This document shows, piece after piece, positions 49,001 to 61,000 of a stretch of DNA of 64,000 nucleotides. Under the pieces are notes generated by a model. It made no database searches and was not told where the DNA came from. It saw nothing but the letters and a program-made list of their open reading frames with translations. The position numbers were made by a program, and so were the translations under genes. Numbering within the stretch: position 1 is the first letter of the stretch; every line of letters begins with the position of its first letter. The stretch is from Phoronis australis (lineage: Eukaryota; Animalia; Phoronida), in contig NMRA01000013.1 of NCBI GenBank assembly GCA_002633005.1, positions 796,995-860,994 of the forward strand. Reading direction: 5' to 3'.

Positions 49001-52000
49001 CAATATTCAAGTTTTATACAACATACCGGTTTCAATCTTTACGTGCTACGAAAAAAAATGAGATATACAAAACATAAGAATTAAACTTTGATATCTTTGA
49101 AGGAATTTCTTTAAGAATCAAAATTTCCTTCTAAACTGGTGAGTATTAAAATCCTAGAATATTAAAACCGTGCTTAATATCAAGGCCAAAACTCGTTCTT
49201 ACGTTCCAATTGGTTAATTTGTCTGAGCAAGGCATCGTTCTTACGTTCCAATTGGTTAATTTGTCTGAGCAAGGCATCGTTCTTACGTTCCAATTGGTTA
49301 ATTTGTCTGAGCAAGGCATCGTTCTTACGTTCCAATTGGTTAATTTGTCTGAGCAAGGCATCGTTCTTACGTTCCAATTGGTTAATTTGTCTGAGCAAGG
49401 CATCGTTCTTACGTTCCAATTGGTTAATTTGTCTGAGCAAGGCATCGTTCTTACGTTCCAATTGGTTAATTTGTCTGAGCAAGGCATCGTTCTTACGTTC
49501 CAATTGGTTAATTTGTCTGAGCAAGGCATCGTTCTTACGTTCCAATTGGTTAATTTGTCTGAGCAAGGCATCGTTCTTACGTTCCAATTGGTTAATTTGT
49601 CTGAGCAAGGCATCGTTCTTACGTTCCAATTGGTTAATTTGTCTGAGCAAGGCATCGTTCTTACGTTCCAATTGGTTAATTTGTCTGAGCAAGGCATCGT
49701 TCTTACGTTCCAATTGGTTAATTTGTCTGAGCAAGGCATCGTTCTTACGTTCCAATTGGTTAATTTGTCTGAGNGTCTCATTCACTGCTGCTGATTCTGC
49801 TCTAGCGTTGGACAGACACTCTTTAGTTTCACTATGAGCAGACTTCTCAACTTCCAGTCGTTCTGCAGTAAGAGAACAAACACGATCACTACTAATGGCG
49901 TCAGGTCAAATGATCACTGACAACCACGGTTGTTATATGCAAAAAACTGAAAGGCAAACATGACCAAAACCAGAGGCTGCACAATGACAACAAAATAGCA
50001 TTTGACCATCATGACACCTTATTTTGCAACAGCAAAAATGACTGAAAATTACTATTATGATGCCAAAACTCTAATTACCGAAAGGCTTAAGCCAACCTAT
50101 AAACTTTCCAGTTAATTTCCCATAATTCTCGGTCATGAGGGAGGCCACTTTAGTTATGAATTCGACTTTCGCCTAGCAGTCATGACTGGGAATTCCAAGT
50201 AATCTTGTCTTTCAACTTTAAGCATACAATGTACAATAAACCATTTGTTTGATCTCCTAATGGACTCGACAGTTTTCCAATTTCCAGACTTCCTACTTAT
50301 TAACCAAAAGTTCAAGAAAAATTATTACTGTTCTGGAATGCCATCTATTGTATAATTAGCTATTGAGATACCTCTGATCTGTCACAAGCACACCTGGAGT
50401 TTGTTTATAAAAAGTGACTGAAGACTTCAATACTAATTTGTTCTTACACTCCCACTTCCCAGGTACAGATTACAGAATAAAGATATAGCAACGTAATTAT
50501 TAGTACCATCAGTCTAGAAATAATGTGTAGAAATCATCTTAGTAACTAGTCATTATGAATATACTCTACGAGACTACATTAAGAGAGATTCTATTATTTT
50601 TCAGAAATAGTTGTGTGGAGCGTAAGATCAAATTTCTTACTCAAGTCTCAAGTCACCTTTCATAGAACAGATCATAGAACAGCAGAAGGAATGGAAACTG
50701 TAGTCCAGATTACATTCACTTGTTTATCATTTGTGACTGTTAAAGTTTCATGTACCGCAATTTCACAAAAACACCATTAAAAACACTGCCACTAACTATG
50801 AAAAATCCCAGACACAATTTTAAAGCATTTTTATCAAAGTTTTGATACAGAAAACTTGGTGAATGCTGTTGTAAGGACTTGACAGTGGCTAGAAACTTAG
50901 ATATTTCAAGTAAAAGACATCATTTTAATTAGGGGTACACGTAACCTTAATGACATATGAGGGATTTCACTATCTAATGATGCAACAGATGGCATTAGAG
51001 ACCTGTCAGACAACTGTCAAACATCTTACTTTCAAACAGAGACAGTTTTGTAACCGCTATTTCATGATCCTCGGTGGCTCTCTCCACTTCCTTGGTAGAC
51101 AACTCCAGTCGTTCCTTAGTCCTGGCATGGCAGGTTTGTTCTTCAGATAAAAGGGCTGAAAGTGGAACGCAAACTGAACAGAGAAACTTGACTCAAGATT
51201 GAACAGAGTATAATCTAAGTTGATAGATAAATCTGAATTTTGATGACAGAAAATGGCGCAAACACTTAGCAGAAACAAAATTTATTTGAAAATTCTGTTT
51301 GCACACATATTAAGTTGATGCCCTTGTCCCAGGAAATGCCATTTCACAGTATTTTTCTAGTTACAGAGGCTATCATTTTACATTATCATATTCATTCAAT
51401 CTAATTGTAAATCTAATCCAGCTAGAATGAACCAGTTTCAAGGGGTACTTCAAGAGAATTACATCCTCAAAATATACAGTAACTAAACTGTGGATGGTTA
51501 ACTTCAATCACAACAACCAACAGACGTGCTAATCTCTATCAACCAGGGCTTGGAATGACCAATGGCGAAAAACGCAGAAATTTTTACGGCCCGTAACATG
51601 CGTGCAACCAGCCTTGAAAAAGTCGGTGTGGACCTTTTGCCGACCAAAATCAAGGACTAAAAAAAAAGAAAAAGAAAAGAAAAAAAAACGGTACCACCTC
51701 CGGAAGCGTGCGTCTGCCTGTCTTAGCTCGTCTGCCACTCCCACCTCCAAACATTTTTTGGCTACAGAGTCGTAGTATTTGTCACCGCGGTTTACAGTCA
51801 CACGAGCCGCCATGCCGCCATTGAGGAAATCCACCATGCTATCCCAGATGCCCCGGCAATGTTGACAATTTACGTTCCTCCGAAACATTAAGAGCAACTT
51901 CCGCTTTTCGAGGTGAAAGTCGGCGGCAACGCGGCGGTAAGAAAGACATTTGCCGCGGAAATTTTGTATCAAATCCGATTTTTTTTACGCGGAAATATAA

Positions 52001-55000
52001 TAAAATACGCGGAAAGAACACTTGAAAAAAGTGGAAATCCGCGTTTCCGCGGAAAATTCCAAGCCCTGATCAACCCATCCCAGACTTTGGTTCTACTTCG
52101 ATTCGCTCCTGTCAACCACTTGAAGCCCATTCCTAACAGGAATTGGGTGCACATCGAGGATCATATCATGGCCACAAAGAGTCTCACAAAATGAGAAAAA
52201 CATAAAGGGGAAATTGGTACATTACAAAAATATTTAAGTGAACAGACAGGGGGAGGGGGGGAACCGGGACTCCTTTGGATCCGCACCTGGGGGTGGCCCC
52301 CATGATGAAAATTAATGATGAATGCATTTGTGACATTTAATTCTTTAAAGCAGGAACATTACCCAGAGACTAGCAAATGATATATGAACATAAATGGACT
52401 AATTAACACACAACCCCCCAAAACATTTAACTGACACCAATTAAAAAGATTAGCCACAGATGGGACTTAAAAATAGATAAGTTTTCCACCCCAGTCATTG
52501 ACTGCATTCCATACATTGGGTAGCCATGACAATGCAAATCTGCCAAGTTCAAACTGTGCGGTGTTTACCTTTGATGAACAACTCTCAAACTCCTTACCTT
52601 GAGCGGTAGCCAGATTAGTCATGGCCGCCACCAGTTCATCATTCAAGTCGTCAACAACAGCAGAGACATTCTTCAGTTGGATCTGAGTGTCACAGTGACT
52701 TGATGTCTCCTCTTCCAACAGAGCTGTTGATACAAACAGCCACAAGTTCAGTCAATAGGGGTACACTAACATTGAGAAATCTAGTCTATTACACAATGGT
52801 AATGGTGATTATTTTGGGCATTTACTTACCTGCAGTTTTCCTTCAAAAATCAATATTCTGGTATAGCTGTGGACACGTTCAGCAGCAGTCATTTCACTAG
52901 TGCATGCTAGCTAGACAGGTCATGTGATCTTGTATCGCTTTCGTAAGATTTTGTGAGATCTCGCCTAACTCAATTCATAAGATACTAGACTTACTAATTA
53001 AAAGAATTATACAGCTGCGATATCTTCACACTTCTCAAATGCTTTTCAATTTGTTTCCAAGACATCAAACAGCAGCTAAAGTAGTGCTTATGCAGGACAC
53101 ACACTAGAGAGATTTGCTCAGCAATCCAATTCCCTAAATCCGTAACTGAGGTGTGCACAGAGTACTCCCTCGAAGTGTTGAGGAGAATAACCAATGCGCC
53201 AATACCAAATATAGGTTCACAGGCCCAACACGTGGAAAATTTATGTATATCTGCCCATGAGCCTACTTTTGGAGTATTAATTATCATTTAACAAGGTTTG
53301 CTGGGCTTCCCAAACTGAACGGCATAATAGGAAAGTAATAGACAAGTCTACTCTGTTGCACTATTTCATAAGATCAGTACTATGTACCTGAAAACAAATG
53401 GTTCAGTCCAACACCCCAATTTCACTAATAAGCGAGGAAGGCACATACACAAAAAATTGCAGAATCCGACAGTTGTCCTAAAGCAGAATTTTGACAAACC
53501 CACTTACTTTCCGAGTCAGACAGTTGAATGTTCAAATTATCCAATTCAGCTTTTACTCTTTCATATTCCGCTCTGACACAGCTTAACTGGAGCTGCGAGT
53601 TGTTGTTGGCAGTTCTTTCATCTTGCAACAAAGCTGAAACAACCACAGACAAAGCTGGCAGTCAAAGACTCAACATGCAAACTTTAATCATGGGTAAAAA
53701 AGATTATCAAACACAGTGATTTTCCAAACAATTGTTGGAATATCACATTTTTAATTATAGGTAAATTCACTGCTGGTGAAAGGCAGAGACTGGAATGCTG
53801 TCTAAGGTGTTAATACGACTTCAGCATCTAGTCAGGTGTAGATGTACAAACATGCTACATTTAAACGGGCACTTGACTATTGAGTATTTTAACGTATATT
53901 AGTGAGAAGTAGCAAAAAATCTGACAGGAACTTTTGTATTGAAAAAGTTCAAGAAAAAGGCCCAGAATGGCATTTCAAATTATGAATGCAGTAAGCATGC
54001 AAGATACGGACAAACTGCAAATAAAAACACATAAAAGTGACAAAATTGGTAAAGGTATAAAACATTTTAAAAACACCATATATTTCAGGCCCAAAACCCT
54101 CTACAGTGGTGGGTAAAACCACTGTGGAAGGGATGGAGCCTAAAACGTATGGTGTTTTTTAAAGGGTTTTAATTTATACCATTATGTAGCAGATTTATTG
54201 TATGTGCGTGTTTTTATTCTCATTTCGTCTGAAATTTGTGTATAATCTCAGTGTACTATGATTGCCAAGCAAACTATTCACTGTAATAAACATATTTCCA
54301 AAATATGTCAACGAACAAAACTTGAAGAGTTTTAAAGGTAAACAATAATTGAAACACAAAGTTATCCAAAACCATTACTTTCCAACTCCAGAATTCTTTT
54401 CCTGGTCATGTCTAGTTGGGCTCTCACATCGTAAAGCCAAGCTATTAGAATACAAAAATCACGGCTTGTAACACATTGATACCATTACAGATGTCTATGT
54501 TTCTCATTGTATCATTATGATACAGGCAGGGAGACTTTTGCTTTACAGTTGGCTTTTGCCCAAATCATTACCAGGACGGCAAACAAAAACAAGAAAGTAG
54601 GTTCAAATTTGAACAAAAAACAAAGTGTTGTTTGATAATGAAGATTCCCGAAAATCACACAAACTGTGTTGTTGTTTTTTTCAAAAAATCAATGATGCCC
54701 AAAGACAAAAAACACCCCGATTCTGAAAGAGAGGAGCTCATATCAACATAGTATGAATCAGATTTCCTGATATACCCTACCAAATATTTTTCATTTAGCC
54801 TTAATAAACGCCCACCTTCAACTTAAAAGCCCACATGGAATTTTCAACAGGTTACACACATTCTATTGTACTCAGCTTCGTGCCCACCACCAAATTTTCG
54901 TGTTCTCCAATTTACGTGCCCAGGGCTTTTCAACGGACTAGTTTGGTAAACAAGCCAAACAAAACTAGACTCGTAAGTTTCTTTGTCACGACAGCATACT

Positions 55001-58000
55001 CATTAACATTCAGTTGATAATAACAAACAATCTGGGATGGAACAGAAGGGCCGGCTTGCCAGCCAAATGACTTAACTCTGAAACAGTTTTCACTCATAAA
55101 TGCTCTGAATGCTTTGCATGACAACAAAATGAATTTGTGTGAAGGTGCAAAAAATTGCAAAACCAACTTTGTAGGAGCAAATGGACTACTTTTGTGTTTT
55201 CAAACTGTTCAACTGATGAAAATACAGTCATAAGATACAAATAGTAGTTTCTTATCACACCTTAGCTAAATATTGAAGTGAAAACTGTCACCTAATTTCC
55301 ATTAATTTAGCTTTGTAAAATTTCCTTCTTACGTCAATACGTCGATGAAGCCGAACAAATTTCGACAAAATTAATAAACTTTTTGTTATTTTTGTTTGAA
55401 AACAACCACACTAGCTCTTCAATTTCCACTTGTCTAAAAAGCATACTCACTCTCCATTTCCTTTAGGTTGTTGACAGCCAGGTCATGAGCGGTTTCTTCC
55501 ACCTTGAGTTTGTCTTCAAATAGCACACCAATAAACAAGTGGTCAAGTCCCAAATGCATCGCCCGCTTTAGTATGTAACATTCAGAACAAAACAAAACAA
55601 AAAACAAAACAAGACGTTTTGCAAGATAAGATGACGCTGAAAGGAAACAATCGTTTGAAACTCTGAAATTATTAAAAGCAGTAACTTTGTGAATTAACAA
55701 AACTGAAAACAACAGGAAGTCTTTGCAAAATTGCATGTACATATACAAGAAGGGATTGAGTTGTGGCATCGTAAAGTCAACCAAACAACACACAAGGTCC
55801 CCTGATGGTTATATTTCTGTAGACATTCATTCATTTACTTTCACCAGTAGATTTTCATCAATTCAGAGAAGTTCAATGTTGTTCAACTGCGGCGGCCATT
55901 TTGATGGTGCCCACCAGACATTTGAAAATTATTTTGAAAATTCCATAACTTATCAGTTAAAACAGCATCAAACGGAAATAACTTTCAACTAGATTGGTTT
56001 GAGGGCAACTTCGTTTCAAGAAGTTTTTAACTGAAAAGAAGTGCCTTTAAGATAATATACTTAATATGTGACAACATGTTCAGTACTTCACAGAAAAAAC
56101 AGGAAATTCCTCCATGTTCATACAATTTTGCTAAAACCCCGGATAACAAAATGTTAAAACAATATGATTCCATTTGAAGAAAACATGTGGTTACAATAAA
56201 TGTACCTGTTTGTGTAACGTCAGAAAAAACTTTCATTTGCTGCAGCATGCTGCGATATATTGAGGTGTATTCAATACAACTTGTGATGGCAAACAGCAGC
56301 ATGCAAAAACAACATTATTCAATCTGCTTCCATAGTTTAATACACTTCTCAAAAGCAAAATAAAACCAATCAAACGATGTGAAATTCATTGACATGAATT
56401 TGTATAAAGTATGAAGAAGAAATCAAGTTGACGTTTTCTTCAAATGGAAACAAACATTACGGAAACTGGAAGAAGCGTCCTACTTTCAGCCTCGTACATC
56501 CTCTTGACCGCGTCATCCAAAGAGACCTGCATGTCTTCCAGCTGTTCTGAAAGTTCTGAAAAACCCATGTTGAGATTGCCAGAGCAAAGGATAACAAAAA
56601 TGCATCGGGATGCCAACTACACAGGCTGCGCATAATGAGGGAATTTGCAGAGGTCAAAGGGCACAGAATCTCACCTTGGTTCTTGGCCACCTGATGTTCC
56701 ATTTCTTTCCGAGCACTCGACAGTTCTTCGGACTTTTTCGTTTCTGTATTTTTGAGTTGTGTCTGGATATTGCCGAGTTCAACTGAAAAACAAAAACCTT
56801 TAATATCAAAACTGCAATCAAATGTAAGTTTAAGCTAGTTTATGTAAACTGTAAAATACACCAATAAGAAAGTGCAGGCAATCAATACATAAAATTAAGA
56901 TAGATGGCAGCACTTCAGAATATGCAAAAGAGGGACAAATGAAAAAAAAATCGCATCAGATACTTAATACAAGAAAAGAAGTACTCTTCACGGAGTGAAC
57001 AATTCTGATTTAAAAATTTGTGAACAGCCACGAACAGAGATTTCAAAACAAGCTAAAGTTGTCAGTTCTATATGGATACTACAATCATTTACTCAGTGAG
57101 AAAGAACGAGTCAGTTGAAGATATAACGTCGAAAACATCCCAAACACAAACTGTGTTCAAATAGAATACAAGAAACAGCAAATGTTTAATGTGAGCGTAT
57201 ACAGCTGTACATTGTGACAGGTTCTAATAAGCAATTAAAGTTACAACACAAACCTTGCAGTTTACTATTCTCATTCTGAGCCTGGTCTAGCAAATCTTCA
57301 GTAATGGACATTTGAGCTTTAAATAGACAACATGCAGATATCATGCATCAGGAACAACAGCAACAATGACAACGACGACAACAACCTGACAACATGGTCA
57401 AAAGGCATATTAACAACATCCAATTAAAACTACAAACATCCAAGTCAAAAAGGATGACGTAATAACCTGAACATTCATACAGTCAAAATCATATTAAATT
57501 ACGGGTTCAACTACAAAAGAATTGCATAATATAATGCATCACTAATACAAGACAGGGTAAAAACCTACAACAGTCAGGGCAAAATTATATCCAAGAACTT
57601 TTCAGTTACAAGTTTTCAGAAGAATTTAAATGGAGAAGTCTAAAAAATCCCAAATCACAAAACACTAAAGAGCTCTTAATTGATCTGGGAAGATAACCAT
57701 ATCACCACAGTTCTGTCTAGCCTGCCATCAACAAACTTGACTATAATTAGACCTGTGCTTTTTGAATTTTCTTCCTGTTGTACCTTGCATGAAGTGCAAA
57801 TAAGTGAAAAGCTCAATGTTACAAGAAAACAACAAGAATTTGTAAGAAACGAAAATGTTATGAACCCACGATATAACACTAAAAAGGAGTTGAGCAACTG
57901 CCTTCTGTAAAAACATAGCAATGTAAAATTGGTCTCAATTTGTTCACAATTCCACTTAGAAGTGATTTCTGAGATTGGTAAGAAGTGACAGATTGCTGTT

Positions 58001-61000
58001 TCTTAACACAAGACTCAACGAATCTGGTGGACAAGCTCACCACATTATGCACTGCCTAAAAGCAGCAAGACTGATGCACCAACTAACTCCATCTAGTGTG
58101 CAAACATTAAACACGCCGACATTAAGCAGTATCAGAAATTGCTTCCAATGCGAGAATGGAATAAATTGAGATCAACTTCATAATTACAACTGGTGTTTGT
58201 CAAAAAGTAGAAGCATAATGGCTTGATAAATGTCAGATTCAATCGTTTGTGACGTTGGAAAGAAAGGTTTAGTCAAATTGTGAAACGACATGACAGCATG
58301 CACGTGAAACATGCAGTAACAAAAATGTGAAAGGCGCTAATGAGCAATTTATTCTCAATGGGTAGTTACATTGATTCAGAATTCATGCAGACCTAACAGT
58401 GTGTTCGATACCTTTTCCATTGCGCGGGGGAACTGTGGGTTGCAAGATAACGCATTAGAAGAAGAGAGAGAAATGAGAGCAAATGAGAGAAATCAGTGAA
58501 CAACATGGAGTTCACTAGGTGGCGCTAGTGGAAAAACGAGCCCACATGAAGAAATGCATGGATTTAGGTAGTCTCGTCTAACCCCTATTGTACGAATCTT
58601 TTAGTGCTGGCGACTAACTTTCTGTTCTAAATCTGCTCATGTGAGAAGAAATGTACTTTCTTCACTAGCATCAACCAGTGAATATTGAGTTGCTCATAGG
58701 ACCACCAGATTGTTTTATTATATTACAGGCTTCATCAATTTGTTATAACATACTTTATCATAAAAACCATGACATTTGAATCAATACAAGATGTCGGAAC
58801 AAACAAAGGAAAAACAAAACTAACATAGGACTTTTAATCAAAGCCACAGTCAGCGCCATCTTTTGGTTCACATTTTGGATTGGAACCCCTCGTTTAGGTT
58901 CTACAAGATGGTGACTCACCGGTCCTAACATCATGGACCGAACAGAGGCCCATGATGTTCAAAGAGGAAGTAGCATTTTTGCCAACGCATTTGAACTTTT
59001 CAATTTCGTATTGACCCAATTAGCACTGTCGGGCACTTTAAAGCAACAACTTGGAAACGTGTTAGTGTTAAACAGTAACCGTTTTTGTAATATCTTACAG
59101 CTCATGTTGGACAGCTTAGCTATAGTTTCCTGATGTGAGATGATCTCGAGTTTCAGTATCTCTGTAGAATGAAATACCTTAGTCCATGAATGACAGTCAA
59201 TCGTATCAAGGAGGGCAATTTACGAAACAAAATCGAGGTCGAGGGAAAAAAAACTTCTGCCAAAACAGCACAAAACAGGAACTTCTTTGACAAAAGAATA
59301 ACAATTGAGATTCCAGCTAGCATTTAAAGTAACAGCTTCACAGTTTTCGATAACATCTGAAACGTGACTTTCCACCAATTCTAAGGGGAGATCTTAAGTA
59401 AGGTAGCTGTCAACACAGCCTTCTTCAAAGGGAAATAGTCCACAGATGTGATCCGATTGGTTAAACAGGCCCATCGGAATTGTAATGCATCGTGATAAAA
59501 ACTTTGAAGAATAAAAAATATAACTTGTGAGGAAAGAATCATGTCTCTAACAAAAAGAATGGTAAACGACTGAGAAAGTCCAAACAGTTTCAGCAGGAAG
59601 AAAACTGCCTAACAATGTATTTGATAGACACCCAGTAATATACTGCATTCTGTCCACAAAGCAAGAGTATCGGTTTCATAACTCTGAAATGAGTAAACAA
59701 AATCCAAGTGATTTAAATTTTACATTCTCCAATCCTGGTGAAGGTAATCAGAGATGCGTTTCATTGACCTGTCCAAAATTTATGCTCGAAAATTCCCGAT
59801 AAGCAAAATGACGGACATTTTCAGTGACTCCAATGCAGAAACTTCATAAAATAAAATGAAACCAATAACGCCTTTCACAAAAGATTTTTATTTTTTATAT
59901 CCCATGATAGGATGACAAAATACCTCAGTGCTAAACAGGATAGACGTCCAACAAAAAGAACATTCTCAGACTTTTACCATGGATTCAGGGCACAAGCTGG
60001 GATAGGCAGAAAGCACATCGCGTGTAGGAAAACAGACGCAAACGTGAGCTAGACTTTAGTAATCGTAGGGCTAGTTTCATACCTTGATGTTTTTCTGTCT
60101 GTTTGTCCATGTCTCCCTGAAGGCGTTGCGACGACTCTCGTTCTCGTTCTTTCGCCGTGATCTCGTTTTCGAGCTCCTGTTTGACTTTGAGCAGTTCCGC
60201 TGCAATAAAAATTTTCACTTGACAATGCCAACTTGCTTTGTGCATACAAATCACTATCTCTCTACCTCTCTGTGTCACAGACAACAATATTGCTCCCAAC
60301 TTTACATTATACAGAACTTCTGCATTCAGGTAAGTTTAAGAAAAGTACTTAGAAAGTAAAAGATAAAGCTACATGCAGTGCCACCTTTGGGACGTATTGC
60401 GAGGTGAAACCTTTTGTTTTGGTACTTTACTACGACGCGATAGCGTTCGTGATTACACATAACACCACAGGCAGAATGGAGTTTATTGATTGCTTCAACA
60501 AGATTCACTGGCACTAACACGATTAATTCAAGTGTGAACTTCAACTTGACCTAATTAGCATCGTATGGGACTTTAAGGTATAGAAAAGATACACAAAAAA
60601 AATAAAAGATACTAGACAGAAGTCTTTAGAATTGTGAGAGCACAAAAGCCACTTCACTTTGACCTAATTTCTAATTTTGGTGATAAAGACGGGCAGAGTT
60701 AGCAAAGACTAAATGCAGTTACATTCATTCATGAACACGTAATGGCGTCGGACTTCTTGAACATCCCGCCATACAAAATGGAGATTTGGCAGTATGTGAA
60801 TAGCAATGAATTTAAAAAATGTGAAATTGTACTGCCTCAGAATCTTCGTCCAAGTTAATGCAAATTGCACAATGACATTGCCCGTTTGGACACAAAATAC
60901 TCTACTGCCATCTAGCGGTAAAACAAATTTTAACATGTTGGTGCTATATCAGAAAATGACCATTAACGGAAGATTTTACAATGTGTTAAATGTTGAAATG

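Noticed and set aside
49193-49773. 42-bp array as a CRISPR array or stand-alone repeat-protein gene
   Set aside because: No spacers, eukaryotic context and no cas genes; the array is explained as a duplicated exon end plus donor.
51529-52194. Overlapping 60-147-aa ORFs
   Set aside because: They lie in or overlap a GC-rich MITE and show no transposase motifs.
52830-52867. Strong minus-strand donor CAG|gtaagt (and a similar one at 62839)
   Set aside because: The phase-1 frame contains stops; cannot be supported as coding exons (poison exons not excluded).
53012-53074. 63-nt AG...GT segment matching the rod-exon length
   Set aside because: Three stops in the phase-1 frame and a weak donor (gtataa); chance or a decayed pseudo-exon.
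57752-57785. Exon-like VQQEENSKST segment after a pyrimidine-rich tract
   Set aside because: 31 nt is not frame-preserving, and the donor gtctaa is weak.
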